A stretch of DNA of 39,990 nt from a virus. The notes under the pieces are model-generated. The model had not been told where the DNA came from. It was given only the letters and a program-made list of their open reading frames with translations, and did no database searches. The position numbers were made by a program, and so were the translations under genes. Numbering within the stretch: position 1 is the first letter of the stretch; each line of letters starts with the position of its first letter. Positions 1-7,334 of the stretch are shown here, piece by piece. The stretch is from positions 1 to 39,990 of IMG/VR virus record IMGVR_UViG_3300040801_000790; one strand, 5' to 3'.

Positions 1-117
1 GATGGTTGGGTAACGCACTACATTCCTTTATTTGAAAGAACAGAGTGAGCGTATGTGCTACAACGAGTTCGGGCTATGAGCCTGTACTTGTATGGCTTAT
101 AGCCCGTGTTGTAGGTA
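1..117. repeat. Terminal direct repeat, copy 1 (identical to 39874..39990)
   Basis: I compared 1..117 base by base with 39874..39990 and found 117/117 identity. It contains the 3' end of the ORF that starts at 39712. Confidence 0.95.
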
Positions 118-127
118 GTAAACCTAC
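58..127 (+). other. Structured intergenic element: long hairpin closed by CTACAAC/GTTGTAG, plus an overlapping second hairpin
   Basis: CTACAAC 58-64 pairs with GTTGTAG 108-114. CGGGCTAT 70-77 pairs with ATAGCCCG 99-106. AGCC 79-82 pairs with GGCT 94-97. GTAGGT 111-116 pairs with ACCTAC 122-127 and shares 111-114 with the first helix. The element starts 10 nt after the TGA stop at 46-48. Confidence 0.5.
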
Positions 128-153
128 GGATTTGAAAACGAAAACTTAATTAT

Positions 154-345
154 ATGAGAACTTTAAATGTAAAAAAGACAACAAAAAAAGAGGTGCAACA
201 AAAATGGAACACACCCCTACCAATAATATGGGATGACACATTGTATATAAGGTGTAACGCAAAAGGAGTGGTTAATTGGGATGTTGCCCCCGTTTTTCGA
301 CCCCAAGAATTAGTGGAACGTGGAAATTATGTAGTACACGAGTAG
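154..345 (+). CDS. Hypothetical early protein (63 aa)
   Basis: ATG-initiated ORF with an A-rich leader and a TAG stop. I recognised no motif. Confidence 0.6.
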   Translation: MRTLNVKKTTKKEVQQKWNTPLPIIWDDTLYIRCNAKGVVNWDVAPVFRPQELVERGNYVVHE

Positions 346-353
346 GCTTATTA

Positions 354-459
354 CCTACAACGTTAAATATACCAACCGTAGGCAATTAAAGCGAATTACT
401 CACGGTTGCAGGCGAGAATCGAAAGATTCCGCCAATGGTTTGGTATATAGTGTTGTAAT
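354..459 (+). other. Intergenic multi-helix RNA-like element of about 100 nt, containing a GNRA-capped hairpin
   Basis: Closing helix: TACAAC 356-361 / GTTGTA 452-457. Second helix: ATATACCAA 367-375 / TTGGTATAT 440-448, then CC/GG with a 1-nt bulge. Internal hairpin: GGCG-a-GAATC GAAA GATTC-CGCC, 411-433. Confidence 0.5.
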
Positions 460-486
460 TTCGTGCGATTTAAACCGATAAAGATT

Positions 487-753
487 ATGAGTAAAATGAA
501 AAATATAACTGCAATGTATGGAGTGATGGCAGCATTAAGTATGGAAAATGAAGGGTATGTAATTGGAAGAGATGTATTTAATGAAGAACCAATAGACATA
601 CAACCTAAACCCCCAACGGGTACAAAAGAATACTTCTTTAATAGTAGTGGTGAGTTTTCAACCGAAAGCATGCTAAAGGAAGATGTGGTTTTTAAATGTT
701 GTGCCATAAATGATAAAAACGCTGTTAGAAAGTTCAAGCGATGGCAAGCATGA
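487..753 (+). CDS. Hypothetical early protein (88 aa)
   Basis: The track ORF 463..753 starts at GTG inside the structured element. The first ATG (487, MSKMKN...) lies downstream of that structure and is the more likely start. Confidence 0.55.
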   Translation: MSKMKNITAMYGVMAALSMENEGYVIGRDVFNEEPIDIQPKPPTGTKEYFFNSSGEFSTESMLKEDVVFKCCAINDKNAVRKFKRWQA

Positions 754-755
754 AT

Positions 756-817
756 TACAACGAGTAAAATGTATGGTGTCGTTTGAGGCACGAAAATGCA
801 TTATACATATTGTTGTG
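756..817 (+). other. Structured intergenic hairpin of the (C)TACAAC family
   Basis: TACAAC 756-761 pairs with GTTGTG 812-817 (one G-U). ATGTAT 769-774 pairs with ATACAT 803-808. It begins 3 nt after the TGA stop at 751-753. Confidence 0.4.
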
Positions 818-852
818 TGTAGTGCGGAATTTAAGAACTAAAATTTAATAAA

Positions 853-1053
853 ATGAAAAATCCAAAAGCGTATAAAATAATAGCTCAAAGATTTGTAGTA
901 AATGTGCTAGAGTGTAATAAGCCTATGCTTGATGAAGAAGGTATAAGTGAAGAAGAAGAAAAAGCCATTATGGACGAGTATGAAAAAATACTAAACAGAC
1001 TTTATAATGTTGCTGTAAAAAATGGCGGTGACTTTAATAGATATACTGGATAG
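853..1053 (+). CDS. Hypothetical acidic early protein (66 aa)
   Basis: ATG ORF preceded by the AACTAAAA leader. Confidence 0.65.
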   Translation: MKNPKAYKIIAQRFVVNVLECNKPMLDEEGISEEEEKAIMDEYEKILNRLYNVAVKNGGDFNRYTG

Positions 1054-1138
1054 CATTACACTCAACGTAACGCAAGTATGAGTAGTGCGCCTTTAAAACT
1101 CGGAACTTTGAATTAAAAACAGAACTAATAATTAAAAA

Positions 1139-1393
1139 ATGACACATAGACAAATTTACAACAAAGCGGCAAAATTGGCTAAGGAACACAAAGCCTTTTG
1201 CGATTTATTAGCAGACATTGAAAATGAAAAATTCGGATTTGAATTCGCTAGTACAGATAGCGATAGAATTATAGATACTATTAACTACGGGATTGATAGC
1301 TATGATTTTGATGAATACCTAAAAGAGATGAAATTTTACGCAAAGTCAGCAAAAGAGAATGATGGAAACGTAAAGGCAAATGGAATTTTTTAA
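1139..1393 (+). CDS. Hypothetical early protein (84 aa)
   Basis: ATG ORF preceded by an AACTAA leader. Confidence 0.65.
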   Translation: MTHRQIYNKAAKLAKEHKAFCDLLADIENEKFGFEFASTDSDRIIDTINYGIDSYDFDEYLKEMKFYAKSAKENDGNVKANGIF

Positions 1394-1455
1394 TTATGGT
1401 ATTTAGAACACTAAACTCGATTTTAATCACGACAGTAAGCATTACTTATACTTGC

Positions 1456-1486
1456 TGTTGTAAAATCGTTTTAATGTTTTACAACA
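1456..1486 (+). terminator. Perfect 10-bp hairpin with conserved 11-nt loop TCGTTTTAATG (copy 1)
   Basis: TGTTGTAAAA 1456-1465, loop 1466-1476, TTTTACAACA 1477-1486. The loop is identical to that of the hairpin at 11688-11716. Confidence 0.45.
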
Positions 1487-1501
1487 ATTCGCTAAACACC
1501 A

Positions 1502-1515
1502 TTGAATATATTCAA
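1502..1515. promoter_or_regulatory. Perfect 14-bp palindrome TTGAATATATTCAA (candidate operator), ending 1 nt upstream of the ATG at 1517
   Basis: The 18-mer CATTGAATATATTCAACA at 1500-1517 recurs exactly at 14138-14155. Confidence 0.35.
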
Positions 1516-1516
1516 C

Positions 1517-1756
1517 ATGGAAAACTTTAAAAATCAATTAGTTAGGTTTAATAGCAATGAATACACTAATGAAGAACTGGTTGAATATTTTCAACTTATA
1601 GGAGAAAAATTAGGTTTTGTAAGCGTGAAAGAATTAGCCGAAAAATTAGGTAAAAGTCAACAAGGAATAAGAGGTAGTAATAATTACATGAAAATAAAAT
1701 TTGGCTCTGTTATATTAGTGACAGATAAATTAAAAGAAAATAAATTCCCGTTTTAA
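1517..1756 (+). CDS. Hypothetical protein, possible HTH (79 aa)
   Basis: The track ORF starts at TTG 1502; the first ATG is at 1517 (MENFKNQ...). The segment VSVKELAEKLGKSQQGI is helix-turn-helix-like. Confidence 0.5.
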   Translation: MENFKNQLVRFNSNEYTNEELVEYFQLIGEKLGFVSVKELAEKLGKSQQGIRGSNNYMKIKFGSVILVTDKLKENKFPF

Positions 1757-1758
1757 TT

Positions 1759-2094
1759 ATGAAAAAAACAACAAACACAATAATAGGGGTGTGCATGGTA
1801 GCTATACTGGTTGCCTATTTTGTCAATCGAAATAAGGATAAACGCGTTCCAACACCTTACGAATCTAAGGCGATAAAATACGCTGATAAGATGGACTCGT
1901 TAAGGATTGAATCTGAAAAAGAGTTAGTAGCTTCTAAGGTTGAAAACGAATTGCTAAAGGAGGCTTTAAAACAAGTTGCCACACAAAAGGAAATAACAAG
2001 GCTTAGCTTAGACTTATCAACTGATAGTATGTTTGTATCGGTTAAGGAAAGAAGTTGTCTTAGAGATAGTTTAAAATTGAAATATAGGTTATGA
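1759..2094 (+). CDS. N-terminally membrane-anchored coiled-coil protein (111 aa)
   Basis: Hydrophobic N-terminus IIGVCMVAILVAYFV followed by a charged helical region. Overlaps the next gene by ATGA. Confidence 0.6.
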   Translation: MKKTTNTIIGVCMVAILVAYFVNRNKDKRVPTPYESKAIKYADKMDSLRIESEKELVASKVENELLKEALKQVATQKEITRLSLDLSTDSMFVSVKERSCLRDSLKLKYRL

Positions 2095-2354
2095 AAAGTA
2101 TTTGGACAGAAGAAGAAAACGAAATTAGAGTTCTTGAAAACCTAATGACCCCAAAAGGAAAATCATGTATGAATTGTCAATGGAGTAACGCCAATAAGGG
2201 TGATGAATTTACTACATGTGGGCACCATGTAGAGAATTTTTCTGTAACTAGCTTTTGTGGTTATTGGACTGATTTAAAAGACCCAAAAGTTAAAGCTTAT
2301 AATGATTTTAGAATTAATGAAATAAAAGATAAACACAGCGAAAAAACAAAATGA
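2091..2354 (+). CDS. Small Cys/His-rich (putative metal-binding) protein (87 aa)
   Basis: CMNC...CGHH...FCGYW pattern. Translationally coupled on both sides. Confidence 0.6.
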   Translation: MKSIWTEEENEIRVLENLMTPKGKSCMNCQWSNANKGDEFTTCGHHVENFSVTSFCGYWTDLKDPKVKAYNDFRINEIKDKHSEKTK

Positions 2355-2842
2355 AAACACTAACAACACTACTAATACTCACTTGCTTGTACTCATTTGG
2401 TCAAGTCAAGGTATTAAAAAACAAACATCTGCCTGGCTATTCACACAAAGACACCATCTTCACCGACCAAGAAGTATGGATTCAAGACTACAACGAAGAA
2501 CTAGACCAACGAGTAGAAATTTTAGACAAACAAAGAAGGATTGATTTTCTACGTGGGGTACTAAAAAAGAAAGAAGTAAGCGAAGGGCAACTTGATTCAG
2601 TATTAACGCTTCTAATCAACGTAAAAAAGGAAAGTGATAGTTTATCCATCGTGATTAATTCGGGGCTTATAGAGGTAGGTAATGAAGTCATAGAGGAGTT
2701 TAAGACGTTAGAGGCTAGATGCTATTCTTTAAAGAGGCAACGAGACGATTTAGTTTTAGAGGTTAATCGATTAAAGAAAGTTAAGTTTTGGCTTTGGGTT
2801 TCGGTAATTAGCGAAGGGATTGCAATAGTCATATTGATTTAG
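2351..2842 (+). CDS. Secreted or membrane protein (163 aa)
   Basis: Signal-peptide-like N-terminus LLILTCLYSFGQ and a C-terminal TM segment FWLWVSVISEGIAIVILI. Confidence 0.6.
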   Translation: MKTLTTLLILTCLYSFGQVKVLKNKHLPGYSHKDTIFTDQEVWIQDYNEELDQRVEILDKQRRIDFLRGVLKKKEVSEGQLDSVLTLLINVKKESDSLSIVINSGLIEVGNEVIEEFKTLEARCYSLKRQRDDLVLEVNRLKKVKFWLWVSVISEGIAIVILI

Positions 2843-2899
2843 AATTGCACTTTTAAAACAAACAATTGTAATTTTTAAAGAATCTTTAATTATTTTACT

Positions 2900-2938
2900 T
2901 TCCATATTTGGAACTATAATTTAATTCCTATACATTTG
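2900..2938 (+). promoter_or_regulatory. Promoter P1 (TTCCATATTTGGAA, 20 nt, TACATTTG)
   Basis: -33 TTTG at 2907-2910 embedded in a TTCC..GGAA inverted repeat. Exact 20-nt spacer. -7 TAnnTTTG at 2931-2938. The ATG is 24 nt downstream. Confidence 0.7.
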
Positions 2939-2961
2939 AATCATACTTAAAAACAAAGATT

Positions 2962-3192
2962 ATGAAAGCATTAGAAACACTAAGAAAAAACAAAATAAGC
3001 AACGGACATTTTAAAATATCAACCGATATAGATGGTAAAGAATATAGCACAACAACAACTAACACAATGGCTATAGATGCTGCTTTTGATGAATGCTATG
3101 ATGATGAAGATAATTCGGGTAGATACTACGAAACAAGAGAAGAGGCGCAAGATGCTTTAATTGATGAAATATTAAGAGATAACGTGTTATAA
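2962..3192 (+). CDS. Hypothetical acidic protein (76 aa)
   Basis: First ORF downstream of P1. Confidence 0.6.
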   Translation: MKALETLRKNKISNGHFKISTDIDGKEYSTTTTNTMAIDAAFDECYDDEDNSGRYYETREEAQDALIDEILRDNVL

Positions 3193-3200
3193 ACATTAGT

Positions 3201-3223
3201 CACCCCGAAACTAAGTAGGGGTG
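3201..3223 (+). terminator. GC-rich stem-loop after the stop codon (CACCCC / GGGGTG)
   Basis: CACCCC 3201-3206 pairs with GGGGTG 3218-3223. There is no clear T-run, so its function is uncertain. Confidence 0.3.
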
Positions 3224-3241
3224 GTGATAAACTAAACAACT

Positions 3242-3409
3242 ATGAGTATAGAAAACCTAAAAAACAACTACGCGATTGAACGTGGTTACGAGTCATGGGC
3301 AAACCTTAGAAGCTGCTTTATTATGAGTCCTTTTGAAATGGGAACACATGAGGATAAATGTATAGAATACTGCATTAAAAGATATATGGAAGCTATAACA
3401 CAGTCATAA
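3242..3409 (+). CDS. Small ORF absent from the track (55 aa, MSIENLKNNYAIERGYESWANL...)
   Basis: I translated it by hand: 56 codons with no internal stop. The leader AAACTAAACAACTATGAGT is nearly identical to the leader of the next small ORF. Confidence 0.4.
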   Translation: MSIENLKNNYAIERGYESWANLRSCFIMSPFEMGTHEDKCIEYCIKRYMEAITQS

Positions 3410-3431
3410 ATCAATTGAAAACTAAACAACC

Positions 3432-3545
3432 ATGAGTTCAAAAAAAGAATACGAAAGAGAGATTAACAGCATAGACAACTTTACTGTGGCTATGATAATA
3501 ATTGTAGCATGCTTAGGGGCTTGGGCTTCTGCGGTGTTGGGGTAA
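3432..3545 (+). CDS. Small ORF absent from the track (37 aa), C-terminal TM segment
   Basis: Hand translation gives MSSKKEYEREINSIDNFTVAMIIIVACLGAWASAVLG. The leader is AAACTAAACAACCATGAGT. Confidence 0.35.
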   Translation: MSSKKEYEREINSIDNFTVAMIIIVACLGAWASAVLG

Positions 3546-3592
3546 CGGACAGGTGTATGGAAAGTACTTTTACGGATTTAAAAACTAAAACA

Positions 3593-3856
3593 ATGACAGA
3601 ACAAGAAGCATTTAATGACCCAGAAATGAAAACTATAATCTTACTTAGTGGATATGTAAGAGAATTGGGTGAAGGAAAAGATTATGAAACCACAACTTAC
3701 AAATTAGCAGAAACGCTAGTAAAAGTATTTTCTATACACCATGTTAGCCAACAACGTGAACTGTTAATTGGCTTATTGACAAAACTTGAAAATGGCGGTG
3801 GAAATGCCTTTATAGATAAAGAACAAATTGTGGACGATTACTTAAAAGCCAATTAA
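3593..3856 (+). CDS. Hypothetical protein (87 aa)
   Basis: The track ORF 3509..3856 overlaps the small TM ORF. The in-frame ATG at 3593 (MTEQEAF...) carries the typical AAAACTAAAACA leader. Confidence 0.5.
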   Translation: MTEQEAFNDPEMKTIILLSGYVRELGEGKDYETTTYKLAETLVKVFSIHHVSQQRELLIGLLTKLENGGGNAFIDKEQIVDDYLKAN

Positions 3857-3864
3857 TTGTGGCT

Positions 3865-3922
3865 AACACGAAAATAAAGATAAGCGTTAAGCGACCCGAT
3901 AGGGTTATCTTTATTTTCTGTT
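3865..3922 (+). terminator. Long A/T-rich hairpin element, copy A (AACA-c-GAAAATAAAGATAA ... TTATCTTTATTTTC-TGTT)
   Basis: A perfect 14-bp helix (3870-3883 / 3905-3918) plus a 4-bp extension. It starts 9 nt after the TAA stop, and the 3' arm is T-rich. Confidence 0.55.
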
Positions 3923-3944
3923 ATAACTTAAACTAACTAATTAT

Positions 3945-4112
3945 ATGAAAAGCAAAGACGACAAGAAAGAAATCATTGACTTGACATTTCCAATAACTAA
4001 AGAAAGAGTTTTTGTAAGTACGTTCGAAAAGCAAAAAAACGGGAAATTTAAAAAAGTTAAGATAATAGAAATTGATGAAAACAAACAAGTAATTAATAAT
4101 CATATTTTATGA
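3945..4112 (+). CDS. Small ORF absent from the track (55 aa, MKSKDDKKEIIDLTFPITKERVF...)
   Basis: Hand-translated. Its stop overlaps the ATG at 4109 (ttATGA coupling). It has an AACTAA leader. Confidence 0.45.
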   Translation: MKSKDDKKEIIDLTFPITKERVFVSTFEKQKNGKFKKVKIIEIDENKQVINNHIL

Positions 4113-5035
4113 AAAACAAAGAAAGAATTGAAAGACTAGAAAAGAAGGTTGACTATTTATATAAAGCAACTAAACTTTTAGAATCAAATATTCCTAATGA
4201 GGAATGGAAAAATGTAACGTGGTCAAGAGAAGATGGTGTTGACAAGAAATTTGAAAACGGAAAACTAATTTATTCATCAGAAAAACTAACCTCGCTAGAC
4301 AATACTAAGATAGCTTTAAACTCACCAGAAGAAAATGAGGAAGTTCAGAAGATGGCTTTTGATTTGGGGTATAAGTATTGGGGGGATAATAAATTTTATT
4401 CTAATTCAGAATTATACGGATTAAAATTTAAAAAAAATGGAGGTACAAAGACAATGTTATGGAGTGAAAAACACGATTTCAAAATATGTTCAGATAAACA
4501 AATAACCATCTCCCAAATCAGAGAACTCCACAAAGAGAAGATGGAAGAAATCCACAAATCAAAAATGGAAAATCTTAGTAAAGCAATAAGTTCTATCGGA
4601 GAAACAATAATCAAGGGTGAAGAACTACCTAAGGATAACTGGTATGTGGTGGAAAATAAAGACAATATAAACATAATAAGATGTTGGTTTGGATACATAA
4701 ACCCTTTTTCATCGTCATATGGTGTTATAAAAGGCGAAAAACACAGTTTATGCGCACATGAGTCATGGGGTGAATCATGCAAAGAAGTAACGACAGAACA
4801 ATTCAAGAAAATAATAGGGTATAAAGAACCTGAAATGTACATGGGCTTCGAAGTAAAGAAATACGAAGAGCCTTACCCTATTGTTGAGGTTAGTGATAAT
4901 GAAGATTTTGTTCAGTTTAAGACAAGAAGATTAATAAGCATAGATGATGATGTTAGTTACCCGATAAATATAGATGATTCAGAGCCTTTCAAATACATCC
5001 GCAGAGTACCTAAAGAGCGTCAAGTGTTTGGGTGA
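4109..5035 (+). CDS. Hypothetical protein (308 aa)
   Basis: Long ATG ORF. I recognised no motif. Confidence 0.7.
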   Translation: MKNKERIERLEKKVDYLYKATKLLESNIPNEEWKNVTWSREDGVDKKFENGKLIYSSEKLTSLDNTKIALNSPEENEEVQKMAFDLGYKYWGDNKFYSNSELYGLKFKKNGGTKTMLWSEKHDFKICSDKQITISQIRELHKEKMEEIHKSKMENLSKAISSIGETIIKGEELPKDNWYVVENKDNINIIRCWFGYINPFSSSYGVIKGEKHSLCAHESWGESCKEVTTEQFKKIIGYKEPEMYMGFEVKKYEEPYPIVEVSDNEDFVQFKTRRLISIDDDVSYPINIDDSEPFKYIRRVPKERQVFG

Positions 5036-5136
5036 TTAAATAATAGAGATATGGCTAGAAAGAAATGATAATCCAACAAAGCATAATCGAAGATTTAAAA
5101 TACTTCAAAAGAGATTCAAATAAAACTAAAAACAAG

Positions 5137-5223
5137 ATGAAAAGAGACTTAGCAATAGTGTCACTATCCGCTATTATATGTAGTGGGTTGTTTACTTATT
5201 TAGTGATTTTAATCTTTGGTTAG
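5137..5223 (+). CDS. Tiny TM peptide (28 aa; possible longer form from ATG 5065, 52 aa)
   Basis: MKRDLAIVSLSAIICSGLFTYLVILIFG, with the AAAACTAAAAACAAG leader directly upstream of ATG 5137. Confidence 0.3.
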   Translation: MKRDLAIVSLSAIICSGLFTYLVILIFG

Positions 5224-5238
5224 AAAAAAAAACCACGT

Positions 5239-5276
5239 TCCAAGTTTGGAAAGTAAAATAATAAATTATACATTTA
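5239..5276 (+). promoter_or_regulatory. Promoter P2 (TTCCAAGTTTGGAA, 20 nt, TACATTTA)
   Basis: Same architecture as P1. The -7 box deviates at the last base. Confidence 0.55.
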
Positions 5277-5280
5277 CATC

Positions 5281-5344
5281 ACTACCCAGTAAAACAGCGA
5301 TTAACGCTAAATAACAGCTGGCTACAAGGCGTAGAACTGGGTAG
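5281..5344 (+). other. 5'-leader stem-loop immediately downstream of P2
   Basis: Perfect 10-bp stem: ACTACCCAGT 5281-5290 / ACTGGGTAGT 5335-5344. It lies between the -7 box and the ATG at 5356. Confidence 0.45.
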
Positions 5345-5355
5345 TATTTTAAATT

Positions 5356-5499
5356 ATGAAATGGTGCAAAAAGAAATCCTCATTCACTTTAGAAAATGTG
5401 ATTAAGAGAGTAAAAGAAATAAACGACAAACATCATTATGATGTGGTAAAGTATTTTAAATGTAAAAAGTGTGTTAAATATCATATAGAAAAGTTATGA
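5356..5499 (+). CDS. Small Cys-containing ORF absent from the track (47 aa)
   Basis: Hand translation gives MKWCKKKSSFTLENVIKRVKEINDKHHYDVVKYFKCKKCVKYHIEKL. ATGA overlap with the next gene. Confidence 0.45.
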   Translation: MKWCKKKSSFTLENVIKRVKEINDKHHYDVVKYFKCKKCVKYHIEKL

Positions 5500-5744
5500 C
5501 TGAATTAGAAATAGAATTTGAAGAATCGCTTACTTTTGTGGAGGATAAAGAATCACAAAACAAGACAATAAGAAAACACCTTGAAAGCGGTCAATTAATT
5601 ACTCCTAGATATGCTGATAGAAAGTATGGTATCATGAGATTGGCAGCAAGGATTAAGGACTTAAGAGACTTAGGGTTAAACATTACAACTACTATGGTAA
5701 GTAGAAATGGAAAAAGATTTGCTGAATATAAATTAGAAAAATGA
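5496..5744 (+). CDS. Winged-helix/HTH DNA-binding protein (82 aa)
   Basis: The motif ITPRYADRKYGIMRLAARIKDLRDLG resembles the HTH family that carries the RLAARI..LR signature. Confidence 0.55.
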   Translation: MTELEIEFEESLTFVEDKESQNKTIRKHLESGQLITPRYADRKYGIMRLAARIKDLRDLGLNITTTMVSRNGKRFAEYKLEK

Positions 5745-6166
5745 TAAACATATTAAACCCAAAAACCCCTATGATAGATAAGATTAGAAACGAGTGGAAC
5801 GCTAAAGTAGATGTACCAATGAATGATAAGCCTACGGTTATACATCGTGACCAAGGAATGTTGATGTTTCATTTAATGTATGAAGAACTATTAGAATTTA
5901 AATACGCTGTTCAAGATGAAGAATTAACCGAGAAAGAAAAGATAGTTTTAATTGCTGATGCTTTGGCTGATGTTCAATACCTATTATTTGGTGCGGTTAA
6001 TCAATACGGTTTACAAGGAGTATGGGATGACATCATGAAAGAAGTACACAGAAGTAACTTAACTAAAATAGTAGACGGGAAGCTACTTAAAAATGATGAT
6101 GGAAAGGTAGTCAAGCAAGAAGGATATAAACCACCTAATTTGAAATCTATAATTTTTGGTAAATGA
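5741..6166 (+). CDS. MazG-like all-alpha NTP pyrophosphohydrolase (141 aa)
   Basis: EELLEF...DALADVQYLLFG...EVHRSNLTKI...GKVVKQEGYKPPNL is the typical acidic-helix and C-terminal pattern of this family. Confidence 0.7.
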   Translation: MINILNPKTPMIDKIRNEWNAKVDVPMNDKPTVIHRDQGMLMFHLMYEELLEFKYAVQDEELTEKEKIVLIADALADVQYLLFGAVNQYGLQGVWDDIMKEVHRSNLTKIVDGKLLKNDDGKVVKQEGYKPPNLKSIIFGK

Positions 6167-6492
6167 AACTATACTCAAAAGAAGACTTCTTAAAAGCTGC
6201 AGAGGAGGGCGAGGTATCCATGATTGATGCGGAACACGTTGTATCTTTGCTTGATGAAGTTCGTAAGCCAGTACCTTTAACGGAGTCTAATATTAGTGCT
6301 TTAGGATTTGAACACAAAAAATCTTACGAACACGACCAATACCATACAAATGTTTTTAAAAAGGGATTTATAAGCGTAGATTTTACTTACGAAGAAGATG
6401 AGTTAGTTGACTTAGAAGCTTCAATATCGGATTGCTATGTATCTGTAAACTTCGAAAAATTAAAAGCACTAAATACTATATTAAATGGATAA
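6163..6492 (+). CDS. Hypothetical protein (109 aa)
   Basis: Coupled ATG ORF. Confidence 0.65.
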   Translation: MKLYSKEDFLKAAEEGEVSMIDAEHVVSLLDEVRKPVPLTESNISALGFEHKKSYEHDQYHTNVFKKGFISVDFTYEEDELVDLEASISDCYVSVNFEKLKALNTILNG

Positions 6493-6605
6493 AGAATTAC
6501 TATGCGACTTCTTTAAGTTCTTTAGAGACAATGGAGAAAATCATATAGGATTAACAATTGAGAAGTTTGTATAGTTGTTTTTGGATAACTATAAAAAGTA
6601 AATTA

Positions 6606-6896
6606 ATGGAAAGACCTAAAGTAGAAAACTACAAAAGAGATAGCAGTAATCCAGTAGTAATAACTAATGATATAAAATCATTCTGTAATGACCAATCTAT
6701 ATATATAGATTACTTAGAAAAAAATCATTCGTATATCAAAGAATTAAAAATTAAATATAAAACTCAATTAAAAACAATTAATGAACTTGTAGGTAATTCA
6801 GAAGATGGTGATACCGCTAAAATACTAGCTGTAAGACGCTTTATAATTTCTTTCATAGATGATTTGGATAAGTTAATTAAAGAAAATAGTAAGTAA
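6606..6896 (+). CDS. Hypothetical protein (96 aa)
   Basis: The track ORF starts at a non-ATG codon (6558). The first ATG is at 6606 (MERPKVENYK...). Confidence 0.55.
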   Translation: MERPKVENYKRDSSNPVVITNDIKSFCNDQSIYIDYLEKNHSYIKELKIKYKTQLKTINELVGNSEDGDTAKILAVRRFIISFIDDLDKLIKENSK

Positions 6897-7028
6897 TCAA
6901 ACCCCACTCTTATCACATGGTAGGGGTGGGTTAAAATAAAGTGAAATAAATGTTGAATAAATACTTAATATACATTATTATTGTAGTGTATTAATCGCTA
7001 GTGCAGAGGCGTAGAAAAATCATTAAAT

Positions 7029-7078
7029 CCATTGCTTAGTAAGGGCTGCACTCCTGAAAAGCAATGGTTTTTTATTTT
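7029..7078 (+). terminator. Intrinsic terminator-like hairpin (CCATTGCTT ... AAGCAATGG followed by TTTTTTATTTT)
   Basis: 9-bp stem 7029-7037 / 7059-7067, with a T-run from 7068. Confidence 0.6.
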
Positions 7079-7112
7079 AAAAGTTACTGGTAAACTTAAA
7101 ACCTTTAATCTT

Positions 7113-7334
7113 ATGGCTAATATAAAACTAGTCTTTCAAGGCACTGAAGAAAGCTCAACAGAAAAAACAGAACTAGAGTGTTTTTTGAATAGTTATGGCA
7201 ATCAAATCACAATATCTTTAATAGACACATCTTGTGGTCAAGATTACAATACACAATTTATATCACTAGATAAAAGCACGGCTATTAAGTTTGCTAAAAC
7301 ACTACGTACTGAAATCAATAAAATACAATCGTAA
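7113..7334 (+). CDS. Hypothetical protein (73 aa)
   Basis: The in-frame ATG at 7113 ([10 protein letters not shown]...) lies downstream of the terminator. The track start at 7032 would run through the hairpin. Confidence 0.55.
   Translation: MANIKLVFQGTEESSTEKTELECFLNSYGNQITISLIDTSCGQDYNTQFISLDKSTAIKFAKTLRTEINKIQS

Noticed and set aside
6485-6574. A 29-aa ORF (MDKELLCDFFKFFRDNGENHIGLTIEKFV) overlapping the stop of 6163-6492. A possible frameshift link to the 6558 frame was also considered.
   Set aside because: The sequence is protein-like, but it is very short, has no slippery site and no typical leader. The downstream frame only becomes plausible from ATG 6606. I left it unannotated.
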